64,000 nucleotides of DNA from positions 255,851-319,850 of the forward strand of contig NW_013657642.1 in NCBI RefSeq assembly GCF_000142905.1. Direction: 5' to 3'. This DNA is from Thecamonas trahens ATCC 50062. Taxonomy: Eukaryota; Protista; Apusomonadida. The first letter of the stretch is position 1. Each line of letters begins with the position of its first letter. A model generated the notes under the pieces. The model did no database searches, had not been told where the DNA came from, and worked only from the letters and a program-made list of their open reading frames with translations. Below are positions 18,156-28,601 of the stretch, piece after piece. The position numbers and the translations under genes were made by a program.

Positions 18156-19958
18156 ATGACCCTGGCCAAGACCCGTCTGGAGGCACTGCCGCTCCCACAC
18201 CTGCCGCTTTTCTCCGACTTGGGCTCCTCGCTCTGGGAGCGGGTCCGGGCTGCCGACCGCTCGCGGGCTCGCTGGTCCAAGCGAAAAACGCGCCGACTGG
18301 TCTCGAAAGCGCTGATGGCGGTGGCAGATAATGCTGATGCCGTTGCTCGCCTCCGCGCGTCAGGCGCACTGGACATCGAGCTGCCGAGGACGCCAAAGTG
18401 GCGCTATGTCGCCCTCGATGCAGACACGCCCTCGCCTGTCGACAACATCTACGCCCTCGGCATCGAGGCTCGTCAGTCGGACGCTGCCCGTGCCGCCATT
18501 CTGGCTTTTCTGGTTGACGATGCTGGCCTTGTTCTCGATCCGCCGCTGACCCTCGATGATCTGCCTCACCCGCTCGTCGTCCTCTACATCCGCTACCAGC
18601 CAGGCCTCTCGGCGCTCACAGTCCCGTTTGGCGCTCTCCGAAGCAATGCAGACACCGTCGCGCCTCGACTTCCCAAGTCGACGATGCGTGAGCTTTTGGA
18701 CGCTGTCCCCTCTCTTCGCCGGGCTGACTTTCGCGTGGCCGATGATACAAGGCTCTGGGAGGCTGACGTAGCCGCTGCCGCTGCCATCTTGGCCAAGCTT
18801 CCCTCCGGCGGCGAGCTGGATCCGGCCCAGCTCAACAACGCCGGGCGCTGCCATGCTGTGCTTCGCGCCCTCATTGCGCTGGCCTCGGCATGTGGGCTGC
18901 AGACCCGCCTGACTTTGGATCCAGCGTCGCTTGCACCAACGTGCGTGATGCTCTTGCCGGCCGAGCTCGGGAACGAGGATCCGGAGCTGCGGATCATCCG
19001 CGAGTCCGACACATCGATGCTACTGGCGCTGGGGCCAGGAGCCATTGCTCCGGGTCTCTGGTTGGGAAACCTTGTTGACGCCACCAGCCTCGCTACCATT
19101 CGAGCGCTCGGCATCACCGCCATCGTCAACGTGTGCGAGGAGACGTTTGCGCCGTTTGCGCACGCAAGCTCGATCCGCTGGCTCCACTTTCCGCTCGAGG
19201 ACGTGTCGTCGCAGATCCTGGCAGAGACTGTTGTGCCGGCCACCGATGCGCTCCGCGAGCTTCTAGCGGCCGGTGAGCGGGTCCTCCTCCACTGCGTGGT
19301 CGGCAAGTCCCGCTCGGTCGCCATCGCCCTCGCCTACTTTTTGCTCAACGACGCCGAGCCGCTCGCGTCATCGTTTGCTCGACTCCAGGCTGTGCGGCCG
19401 TTTGTCTCACCCAACAGCGGATTCCAGACCCAGCTCTCAGCGCTGGAAATGGAGACTCTCGGGACCGAGACGCCAAGCATCGACTGGTCGACCGAGGCTC
19501 GATCGACGTGGGGTACTCGGCCCAAGCCTGTTATCCCGCGATCTGGTCGCGCGAGCTCGTCCTCCAAGCGCACACCAGGCTCGCAATCAGAATCGGCCCG
19601 GGTTTCCAAGCGCGACTGGAGCGAACTGACGACTCACATTCGCTCGCTCTGCTCTTCGAGCGTTGTTTGTGACGACTTTATTCCGCTGGCAGCTGCGACG
19701 GCTGGCGCGGACGCCGATGATCACCGACGTGTTCTGCAGCTTTTCAAGGCCTTTCTCCGCCACGGGCTTACTATTGACGGTAGCGTTGTATTGACCGAGC
19801 TTGAGACTGTTACCGCCATGCTTGCTCATCCGCCGTCGCCCGCGCTCCTTGCCCTCCGAGCTGCCGTCGCTTCTGCCGAGTCACCAGCCCGAGCCGCCAA
19901 GACCGCCGTCGCAGCTGCAGCCGGTCATCTCAGCGCATCATCCTCGGCAACATCCTAG
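18156..19958 (+). CDS. Dual-specificity protein phosphatase with uncharacterised N- and C-terminal domains (start uncertain; in-frame ATGs from 17883 to 18156)
   Basis: IAPGLWLGN, GITAIVNVC, FPLEDV, P-loop VLLHCVVGKSRS, RPFVSPNSGFQTQL. Confidence 0.88.
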   Translation: MTLAKTRLEALPLPHLPLFSDLGSSLWERVRAADRSRARWSKRKTRRLVSKALMAVADNADAVARLRASGALDIELPRTPKWRYVALDADTPSPVDNIYALGIEARQSDAARAAILAFLVDDAGLVLDPPLTLDDLPHPLVVLYIRYQPGLSALTVPFGALRSNADTVAPRLPKSTMRELLDAVPSLRRADFRVADDTRLWEADVAAAAAILAKLPSGGELDPAQLNNAGRCHAVLRALIALASACGLQTRLTLDPASLAPTCVMLLPAELGNEDPELRIIRESDTSMLLALGPGAIAPGLWLGNLVDATSLATIRALGITAIVNVCEETFAPFAHASSIRWLHFPLEDVSSQILAETVVPATDALRELLAAGERVLLHCVVGKSRSVAIALAYFLLNDAEPLASSFARLQAVRPFVSPNSGFQTQLSALEMETLGTETPSIDWSTEARSTWGTRPKPVIPRSGRASSSSKRTPGSQSESARVSKRDWSELTTHIRSLCSSSVVCDDFIPLAAATAGADADDHRRVLQLFKAFLRHGLTIDGSVVLTELETVTAMLAHPPSPALLALRAAVASAESPARAAKTAVAAAAGHLSASSSATS

Positions 19959-20233
19959 TAAAGGCTGTCATTGCTCGAGGACGACCATCACTTTACGACG
20001 TTTGCTGTTACATAAGCATATGGTCCATCGACGCAGCACCCCATCCCATCCATTGAACGATCAGAGCCGCCCAAGTCCCCGAACCGCCGAGTCGCCGAGC
20101 CGCCGAACCATCGAACCGCCGAACCGCCAACCGCGAGAGCCGAACCTCGAGAGCCGAACCCCCCTTCGGTGACCACCACACGACGACCACACGTTCCACC
20201 AACCCCCCCACCCCCTTCCCCCACCCTCTCTCA

Positions 20234-21628
20234 ATGAAGGCGTTCAAGAAGTGGCAACGCAACCGCAAGTTCCGCTCAGCTGGACCCGGACGGCGACTTG
20301 ACGAGAGTCCGTCCGAGCGCGCGGAAGCCGGGAGTACCCGGACAGCGGGCAACTCATCGTCAACATCATCGTCATCGTCTGTTGCTGCTGCTGCCGGTGC
20401 TGGTGCTGGTGCTGGTGCTGGTGCTGGTGCTGGTGCTGCTCCACCTTCGTTATCGTCGGCTGCTGCTGCTGCATTGGCTCGTGTGGCCGGTCCGAGCGGT
20501 ACGGGCAAGGCATCATCGTCATCGTCGCCATCGTCAACTGTGCCATCAAACTCGTTGGCTGATCGGAGACGGGCGGCGCGGGCGGCTGTGGCGAGTGAGG
20601 CCTGCCCGGTGTGTGGAGCATCAGTACTGGTGGTGGATCTGCCGGCGCATGTTGTGGCTTGCCGTGCAAAGGCGGCAAAGGCAGCGGCAAAGGCTCAGGA
20701 GGAGCGGATCGGTCTGGCGTACACCTGCCCTGTCTGCACCCTTGTCACGCCCAAGGCTGCTGCCATGACCCATCTCCGCGAGTGCTGTCTCGCCAAGCTC
20801 GCGGTCGATCCGGAGGACTTTGAGGCGTCGGCAACGCTAGTCCTCACTGCCCCGCGGGACGTCCGCGATCCATGCGTGGCTACCATGCTCAAGTACATGG
20901 ACAACATCCTTGCCCATCCGGACGATCCCAAGTATCGCCGGATCAAGACGTCCAACAAAGTCTTCTCCACCCGGATTGCTCCAGTCTCGGGTGCGCTGGC
21001 CTTCTTTGCCGCCATCGGCTTTGTGGAGCAGCCGCCCAAGCCTGACGACAAGGACCAGTCGGCCACGTACCTTGTGCTCGAGGATGGCTTCCCTCTTGAG
21101 GCGCTCGAGTACCTCCGGGTCGGCCTCGACTCGCGCTCGCTTAAGCTCACACCCAAGCTCGACCGCTCGCTGACAATCATTGCGCCGCTCCCAGATGCAG
21201 TGGCTGGCGAGGAGGATGGCACGTTCTTTGAGCGTTCAGCGCAGGAGCTGCGGGCCGAGGCTGCTGCCCGGCGTGCGGCACTCGATCGGGCCCGTGAGGT
21301 CCGTGCCCGCTCGTCGGCGCCCAGCGACTCGCCGCGGGTTGCGTATCAGTTTTGTGCCGTCCGCTTTGCCATCGGCGCTTCGCGGACGCTAGTGCAGGGC
21401 AACTTTAGTGTCCATGAGCCGGCGTCGGCTCTCTTTGAGTTTGCGGCCTCGCTCCTTGCCAGTCCGGTGCCGTTTGGCATTCGGTTGCCGTCGTCGCGGG
21501 TCGTGGCGCTTGATGCTGTTGTTGACTTGTCGATTGCCGATCTCGATCTCGGTCCTGCGGTCTTGCTTGTAGTCATCGCTAGTGAGGCGAGCGATGAGCT
21601 TGCTTTCCGCTCGGACCTCGGTGTCTAG
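20234..21628 (+). CDS. UBXN6: p97/VCP adaptor UBXN6/UBXD1 (VIM-like, PUB, UBX) with two C2HC zinc fingers
   Basis: N-terminus KFRSAGPGRRL; VIM-like AAAAALAR; PUB KYMDNILAHPDDPKYRRIKTSNKVF..FFAAIGF; UBX-like VQGNFSVHEPASALFEF..LGPAVLL. Confidence 0.85.
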   Translation: MKAFKKWQRNRKFRSAGPGRRLDESPSERAEAGSTRTAGNSSSTSSSSSVAAAAGAGAGAGAGAGAGAAPPSLSSAAAAALARVAGPSGTGKASSSSSPSSTVPSNSLADRRRAARAAVASEACPVCGASVLVVDLPAHVVACRAKAAKAAAKAQEERIGLAYTCPVCTLVTPKAAAMTHLRECCLAKLAVDPEDFEASATLVLTAPRDVRDPCVATMLKYMDNILAHPDDPKYRRIKTSNKVFSTRIAPVSGALAFFAAIGFVEQPPKPDDKDQSATYLVLEDGFPLEALEYLRVGLDSRSLKLTPKLDRSLTIIAPLPDAVAGEEDGTFFERSAQELRAEAAARRAALDRAREVRARSSAPSDSPRVAYQFCAVRFAIGASRTLVQGNFSVHEPASALFEFAASLLASPVPFGIRLPSSRVVALDAVVDLSIADLDLGPAVLLVVIASEASDELAFRSDLGV

Positions 21629-22830
21629 TTGCTGCGGTCACGGATGCCAACCCGGAGGCGGGCCGACCGGGCGCGTGGGTTGGTGGCGGCCTCGGCGCGC
21701 GGAGCTGTGATTGACTTGGCGCCGGGAGTTGGCCCACCAAACGAGTGCTTGTGCGGTGGCGTTGCGCTTCGCGACGACCGCAAGAACCGCTTGACCACGC
21801 CGTCCTCGCCCGAGTGGTAGCTGACGACGACTAGGGCGCCGCCGTCGGCGAGGACGTCTCGGGCGCCGGCGAGTCCGGCGCGGAGCTCGTCCATTTCGTG
21901 GTTGACCGCCATGCGGAGGGCCTGAAAGACCAGTGTTGCCGGATGGTGGTCTCGCTTGCGACGCGCCTTGCTGCCCTTGATTCGGGCTACCAAGCTTGCC
22001 AGCTCCTGTGTGGTGGTCGGGGCGGCGCCGGCTTCGCGTGCGGCGACCAGGGCTTGGGCGATGCGTGCGGCGAGTCGCGGGCGTTCTCCGCCAAGATCGG
22101 TAAACAAGGCACTGAGTTCGAGCTCTGGCATGCGAGCGACAAGATCAGCAGCCGTCTCTCCGCCAGCTTGCGGGCTCATCCGCATGTCCAGCGGACCGTC
22201 ATGTGTGGGGCGAAAGGAGAAGCCGCGGGCCGGATCGTCGAGCGCAGCCGAGTTGAGGCCAAGATCAAAGACGACAGCCGCCACAGGGGCGGACAGCTCG
22301 AGCGAAGTGATGGTAGAAAAGGGCGCGCAGGCAAAGGCAAGTCGCTCCGGATGTCTCTCGGCGAGTGGCGCCGCATGGATCTCCATCGATGCGTCGCGGT
22401 CGATGCCAAGCACTTTGGTCTCCTCTCCGGTCGCCGCCAGCAAGCCGCGGGTGTAGCCGCCACAGCCAAAGGTGGCGTCAACAACCATAGAGCGCGGACC
22501 GACTCGAGCCACAGCGTCCACCACTGCTTGAAGAACAGGCTCGACGAGGACCGGCTCATGTCCGCGTTCGCTGGCTCCGGCCAATGCCGCCGCCGTCGCC
22601 GATGCAATTCCACTCTGTCGCGCCGTCGGGACGGTCGCTATGCCTCTACCCGCACTGCTGCTGATGGGCCTGGCGGGTCTACTGAAGGCAGTCTGCGCCA
22701 TACATGTCATGTTGAATGTGGCCTTGGGCCTTGTGCCAGCAATTCTCATCATCGGCATGCTTATCATCGACATCGTGCTTGCTACGCGAGCTGGTGCTGC
22801 TCCTCCGCGGAGGAATACCGCGGCGAGCAT
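21625..22830 (-). CDS. METTL15: Mitochondrial SSU rRNA m4C methyltransferase (RsmH/MraW)
   Basis: HEPVL, VDATFGCGGYT, GIDRD, FDLGLNS..RGFSF..DGPLDMRM, HPATLVFQALRMAVNHE, SYHSGED, NPRARSARLR; Arg/Ser-rich presequence. Confidence 0.95.
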   Translation of the reverse strand: MLAAVFLRGGAAPARVASTMSMISMPMMRIAGTRPKATFNMTCMAQTAFSRPARPISSSAGRGIATVPTARQSGIASATAAALAGASERGHEPVLVEPVLQAVVDAVARVGPRSMVVDATFGCGGYTRGLLAATGEETKVLGIDRDASMEIHAAPLAERHPERLAFACAPFSTITSLELSAPVAAVVFDLGLNSAALDDPARGFSFRPTHDGPLDMRMSPQAGGETAADLVARMPELELSALFTDLGGERPRLAARIAQALVAAREAGAAPTTTQELASLVARIKGSKARRKRDHHPATLVFQALRMAVNHEMDELRAGLAGARDVLADGGALVVVSYHSGEDGVVKRFLRSSRSATPPHKHSFGGPTPGAKSITAPRAEAATNPRARSARLRVGIRDRSN

Positions 22831-23032
22831 CGACCTGCAGTCGGGATGGGCTGAGAGAGATGGCCAATGCTGCGAGCGTAGATCGGATGAGAGGACGAGG
22901 GGCGGGGACTGCTCAACAGCGGGGGCACCAGGCCGAGGACTGTGGCTACAGATAGGGATTGGGAGGGAGGGGGGGGGAGGGAGGGGAGGGAGGGAGGGGG
23001 GGGAGGGAGGGAGGGGGTGATGGCTCGATTAA

Positions 23033-26000
23033 TCATTCCCAGTCGTCGAGGCCAGCGTCGTCGTCATCCTCGACACCCCACTCGAGCGCCTCGGCGGCAG
23101 CAGCCTCATCGACGTCACCCAGTGCGTCCTCAAAGTCGACGGCATCAGCATCGGGTTCGGCGATGGGCTCGGCGACGGGCTCGGCCACCGGCTCGGCGAC
23201 GGGCTCGGCGACGGGTTCGGCGACGGGCTCAGCAGCGACGGGCTCGGCGACGGGTTCGGCGACGGGCTCGGCGACGGGCTCAGCGATGACCGGCTCGGGA
23301 ACTGGCTCGAGCTCGGCAACCGGCTCGGGCTCGGCAGCCGGCTCGGGCTCGGCAACCGGCTCGGGCTCGGCAACCGGCTCGGGCTCGGCAACCGGCTCGG
23401 GAATAGAGGCAGCAGGGCCGTCAAAGGCGCCCTGGCGGGCCTCGGCGACAATGTCACGGGCCAGTTCCGCAATGCGCTCGGTGTAGGCGATGGAGGGGGA
23501 GGAGGCCGCGGCGTTGGCAGCGAACCAGGCCTCGGCCTTGAGGGCATGGCGGATGTCGGGGAAGAGGTTCTCGTACTCCATGGGGTCGGCGAGGGCCTTT
23601 GCGGCGTTCTCGTTGACCTTGGCCAGGTCCTCGCGCCAGGTGTCGACGATGGCGGAGACACGCGAGGGGCGGTAGGTGCGGGCCATAAAGGCGGCCTCAG
23701 ACGGGCGGCCGGTGTCGAGGAGCATGTCGATGCAGCCGTCGACGTCACCGGTGAGGAGCATGGCAGCAAAGGCAATGTTGTGCTGCTCGGCGTCCTTGGC
23801 GGTCGCAGCAAGCTTGGTCATGCCCGCGGCGTCACCGGTCGAGGTGTAGAGGAGGAGGAGGCCGGTGAGGTTGCCGGCACGCTCCATGCACTCCTGAGCC
23901 ATGTCAAACTTCCACGACTTGAGCGAGAGGTCGGCCAGCTGGCGCCACTTGAGTTCTGTCTCGTCCTCGAGGGCGATGATGCGGGCCTCGTCGAGGCGGC
24001 CGAGCGAGACGGCAAGGTCAAACTTGTGCTCCGGATCCTGCGAGACGGCGAGGGCCAGCTCGACGTGGCCCTGCGACTCGAGGAAGCGGGCAATGCGGTT
24101 GTGGTACTCGTCCGGGATGGCCGGAAGGAGCTCGGCAGCAATTTCCAGCTCACCCTGGAGAACGGCGGTCTGGTACTCGAGGACCGACTGGTTGAGGACG
24201 TAAGAAACAACCTTGACCGACTTGTCCATGAGGTAGAGGCGGTTGTCCTTGGCAAGGTAGCCGAGCAGGTACATGGCCTTGTCGAGGTGGGCAAGGGTGA
24301 CGACTTCGGTGCCGACGCAGTAGTTGAGGCGGTTGAGCGAGTTAGTGTAGATGAAGCAGTCACCGACCCACACGCCCGACGTCACCTTTTCGGCCGAGTC
24401 AAAGACGACGTCAAAGGCGCCTTCGACGCCCTCGACCGGGTGGGCCGAGCCGGCGGCGGCGGCAGCGGCAACGGCGTCGGCGTTGTAGTGGAGGACAAAA
24501 AAGGCGTCGTCGGTGGCGAGCGTCACGTACTCGCCAGACTCGGACCACTCGACAAGAGTCGGGACGGTGTCAATCTTGCGGATGACACCGCCGGTGGCCC
24601 AGTCCATGAAGAACACGGCGCCCGAGGTGATGAGGGCAATGAGGTGGCCGCCAAAGGTCTTGGAGACGGAGAAGTCGGTCTTGAAGTTCAGGCGCTCCTT
24701 AAAGTTCTTGAAGATCTTGATGGACGACGAGGTCTCGCGGATGGCATACTCGGTGGAGTCGGTGGACCACACAAACTCGAGGGCCGAGCCAAACTCCTTG
24801 TTCCGCCACGCGCGGGCGGTGTAGATGATGTACTCGCCGTCGCCGCAGACCGAGACAAAGCGCCCATTGGGCGAGTGCTCCAGAGCGTGCGGGTAGACTT
24901 CGCAAGTACCAAGGTCGCGCGACGGGAGTGGCAGCATGTCGCCATCCTCCACGCTCTCGGCCACGCCCTTGACCGACAGGCCGTACACCTCCTTGTTGTG
25001 ATTGGCGACGACAATCTTGCCGGTTCCGTCCATGGAGACGGCAGGCTCCTCGCGGCCGAGCGAGATCATGGTGGTGCCCTCGTCAAAGCCAAAGGCAATC
25101 TTGTTCGACGACGGGTCGCACTGGATCGACCACACCCGGCCGAGGCCGTAGTTGATGGTGTTCTCGAGGCGGTACGTCGACGAGTGCCACATGCGGATGG
25201 TACCGTCCTCCGAGCCGGTGAGGATGAGCGGGAGGGTCGGGTGGAAGGCGACGGCCGGCACGTTGTGCGAGTGGCCGGTCAGCGTCTGCACGCACGTCTT
25301 GGTCTGGTAGTCCCACACCTTGACGGTCTTGTCATCGGCGCCAGTGATCAGGTACGGCTTCTCACCGCCCGCAAAGTAGTCGACACTGTTGAGACCCTTG
25401 GTGTGGCCCGAGAGTGTAAAGTTGCACTGCGGCGAGTTGAGGTTCCACACTTTGACTGTGCGATCCATCGAGGCCGACGCAAAGGTGTTGCTGTCCTTGG
25501 GGTTGAACTTGACGTCCATGACGTAGTGTGCATGGCCTTCAAACACCATCGTGCACTCCCAGTCCTTCTCCCAGTTCCACATCTTGATGAGCATGTCATC
25601 CGACGAAGACAGCACCAGCGGGAGCGTCGGGTGAACTGCGAGGCCGCGGATAAAGTCGGCGTGCGCAGCCTCGAGCGTCGCCACACGCGCGTGCGTATTG
25701 TAGTTGAACACCACCAGCCGCAGGTCGTCTGCAGACGCCACCACAAGGTTCTCCCGCGCAATGAACCGCGCCGTCCGGCATGGAAGCTCCGAGATCTCAA
25801 ACGTCTTGACCAGCTTCTACTCGTTCCACCCAGGACCAGCAGATAAGACCAGCGTCGACCAGCAGTCGGCCGGGCCCAGCGCAGCGTAGACCAGCAGTCG
25901 ACCGGCCCCCAGCGCAGCGTCGACCAGCACAGCACAGTGGCCAACCCAGCACAGTGGCCAGAGCCCAGCAGCAGCATGAGCAGTAGCACCAGCAGAGTCG

Positions 26001-26486
26001 CCAACCCAGCAGCAGCGCAGCGCCAGCCCCAAGCCCAGGCCGAGTCGGTTCGCAGTTCTCCCATGACTGTGAGTAGACACCAAAGACCTTGCCCTTCCCC
26101 CCTTCCCCCCCCCCCCCCTCCCCCCCCCCTTTCCCCCTTCCACCACCCCATACCATCACCCCACTTCCTTCTCTACCCATGTGCGTGGGTGTGTGTGGTT
26201 GGGGGTGCGTGGTGGCATAGGAGGGGCGGAGAACGGGTAGGGCTGGACGGGCAAAAATGGACAGAGGCTTCGGCTGGCGATGGAGGGGCTGGCAAGAGGG
26301 GGGGCCACGTCAGAGAGAAGGTGGAGGTATGGATGGAGAACATACGTTTGTGGTATAGTCCCAGACATAGAGATTTCCAGAGTACAGAGCGCATAGAACC
26401 CATGGGTTGGTAGGGTGCACATCCACGCACTTGACCCGGTCCGACCGGGCCAGAAGGATCCGGTTCACGTCCAGCTTGAGCGACAT
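23033..26486 (-). CDS. COPB2: Coatomer subunit beta' (COPB2/Sec27); exons 26486-26346 and 25816-23033 (~974 aa)
   Basis: [31 protein letters not shown] spliced to [12 protein letters not shown]; WD40 repeats ([19 protein letters not shown]); [21 protein letters not shown]; [11 protein letters not shown]. Confidence 0.97.
23160..23402 (-). repeat. Coding minisatellite ([10 protein letters not shown])n in the COPB2 tail
   Basis: Tandem 12- and 18-nt units. Confidence 0.9.
25817..26345 (-). other. Spliceosomal intron in COPB2 (529 nt)
   Basis: GTATGT...GAGTAG, phase 0. Gives WDYTTN|KLVKTFE, collinear with the family consensus. Confidence 0.9.
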
Positions 26487-26787
26487 GGGCAAACTGACCG
26501 GGTGCGGGGCGACAAGTGGCCGTCCGTCGCAGCGCTTGCTGCCACCTGCCCCCGGCCGTTGGCTTAGCCGCCACAATTAATAATGCTGGCGAACAATGAA
26601 GTTTTCGTTGCCTCCAAACGGCGGTCACCTCATTGCCACCTCCCGCCACCACGTCACAACAGCATCAGGACCAGCATCAGAAACCCGTCATCTGCAACTA
26701 AGGAACCCGCCATCTGCAACTTGGGAATCAGCAGTCATTCAGTGTTTGGGGGTGATAACAGGGGGGGGAGGGGAGAGTTCTGTTGAT

Positions 26788-27648
26788 TTACTTGGACTTG
26801 GACTTCTTCTTGGTCGATGACGACTTCTTCGACTTCTTCTTGGTCGATGATGTCTTCTTGCCCTTCTTCGACTTGTCCTTTTTGGCCGACTTGTCCTTCT
26901 TGGCCGACTTGTCCTTCTTGGCCGACTTGTTCTTCTTGGCCGACTTGGCCTTCTTCTTCTTGGACTTTTCGGCGATGACGGCCGACCTGCTGATGGCGCG
27001 ATCCATGTCGCGGAGGTGAGCAAGAACAGATGATGTGGAGACCTCCTCTCCACGCACTGCCCTCAGATTCTTCCTAACTCGGCGAAACTCGGGATGGGAT
27101 TTCACGTACCTGGTGGAGGACCCGCTCCCATCCGTGTCGGCAAATTCGAGGACGCTCGAGTCCGACTCGGAGAGGTCAGAGTAAGCAAAGGTGAACTCGG
27201 GAATCTTGCGGGTCCGCTTGGTGATCGGGCCCTTGCGGTACGAGACCGGCAGTGCGTCGACCCTGCGCCGCAGCTCACGGACACGCTCGACCTTTGATGC
27301 GTGCGATTGCTCGACCCACCCGGGCCCGGCCGCCGCGCTGGCCATCGTCGACTGGAGACCAGCGAGGCCATCGTCAAAGAATCGCCCCGCCCCGACCTCG
27401 CCCATGCTCATCCCCATATCCACTCCTCCACCGTACCCACCGCCGCCCATCAGCCCCTGCCCGTAGCCCCACCCTCCACCGCCAGCTCTCCCTGCATATC
27501 GCGCCGGCATACCAAAGCCTGGCGGCGGGCCGACCTCAGCCTCTCCCGGATACCCAACATACGCAGCCCCTGCAGCGCCATGTCCATACCCATGCCCATA
27601 CCCAGTACGACCACTTCCATACCCTCCCCGTCCGTACTGTCCCCACAT
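26788..27648 (-). CDS. Hypothetical low-complexity protein: Gly/Tyr-rich N-terminus, Lys/Ser-rich tail
   Basis: 286-aa ORF with (SAKKDK)n repeats; near-exclusive AAG Lys codons suggest real coding. Confidence 0.65.
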   Translation of the reverse strand: MWGQYGRGGYGSGRTGYGHGYGHGAAGAAYVGYPGEAEVGPPPGFGMPARYAGRAGGGGWGYGQGLMGGGGYGGGVDMGMSMGEVGAGRFFDDGLAGLQSTMASAAAGPGWVEQSHASKVERVRELRRRVDALPVSYRKGPITKRTRKIPEFTFAYSDLSESDSSVLEFADTDGSGSSTRYVKSHPEFRRVRKNLRAVRGEEVSTSSVLAHLRDMDRAISRSAVIAEKSKKKKAKSAKKNKSAKKDKSAKKDKSAKKDKSKKGKKTSSTKKKSKKSSSTKKKSKSK

Positions 27649-28601
27649 CCATGCCCATACCCCCAGTCACCTTGTCAGCCCAACGGTCGCCTGTCGCCCA
27701 CCTCCCCACCCCCCACCCCCACAAGTCGCCCCTCTCCCTCCACCTCCTTCTCTCCGCCACCACCGTCACGTACCGACGCCATCACCTGAGGATCTCCAGC
27801 AGGAAGACCACCCTGGTACACCCCGTCACCGTATAGAGGCCTACACTCATTCACCCACCACCAATACCCGCCCCACCCATCCGTCCGCGTCCCCGTTGCC
27901 CGCCCCGCACCCAGCCGGCCAGCAACCCGTCACTCCCTTCCTCCGTGAGTCCCAGCTCTTCCCTCTCCCCCCCCCCCCCCCTCCCATACAATACACACTC
28001 GTACATATAGGTAAGCTTTCTGTGAGTGGAGTGCTGGTCGTTGTCGTCGTTGCAGTCGCACTGGTCGCGGTCGCAGTCGCAGTCGCACTGGGCTTTGTCG
28101 TCACACAGCCAACTGGCACACTGACCGACACCTGCCTACCTCACAAGTGGCATCCATCGGCATCTTCCCACGACCACAATCATCGCCGCAATCGCCATCA
28201 CCATCACAACCACGAATACAATTAAGACAATGATCCCTCACGGGCAAGCAACGTCATTCCCTTGCTCATGACACGTTGTCAGGCAGTATCACCTTCTCAG
28301 CCGTCTAGACTCCGCTGCCTGGCCAACGGACCGATCGATCACGATCTTGATCGCGATCGAAACCACAAACAATCATGAACAACACCGCATTTGCCATAGC
28401 GATGACGATGTCATTCTCTCTCTGGCAAGCAAGCTACCACAGCTCTTGCTCATCCCTTAGCAAGCCTCCCAGCCGTGTGGACGCAGCCCGACCGATTAAC
28501 CGAGCAACCGATCGATCACGATCTCGATCACGATCGCGATCACGATCGCGATGACCATGACACGCAGACAAGGGTGTGGCAACGACAGGCATTCGTCGCA
28601 C

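Noticed and set aside
23546-25846. 766-aa + strand ORF (likewise 9489-11093, 1844-2896, 51124-53028, 59817-61172)
   Set aside because: Antisense shadows of real genes, caused by high GC and codon bias; no recognisable motifs.
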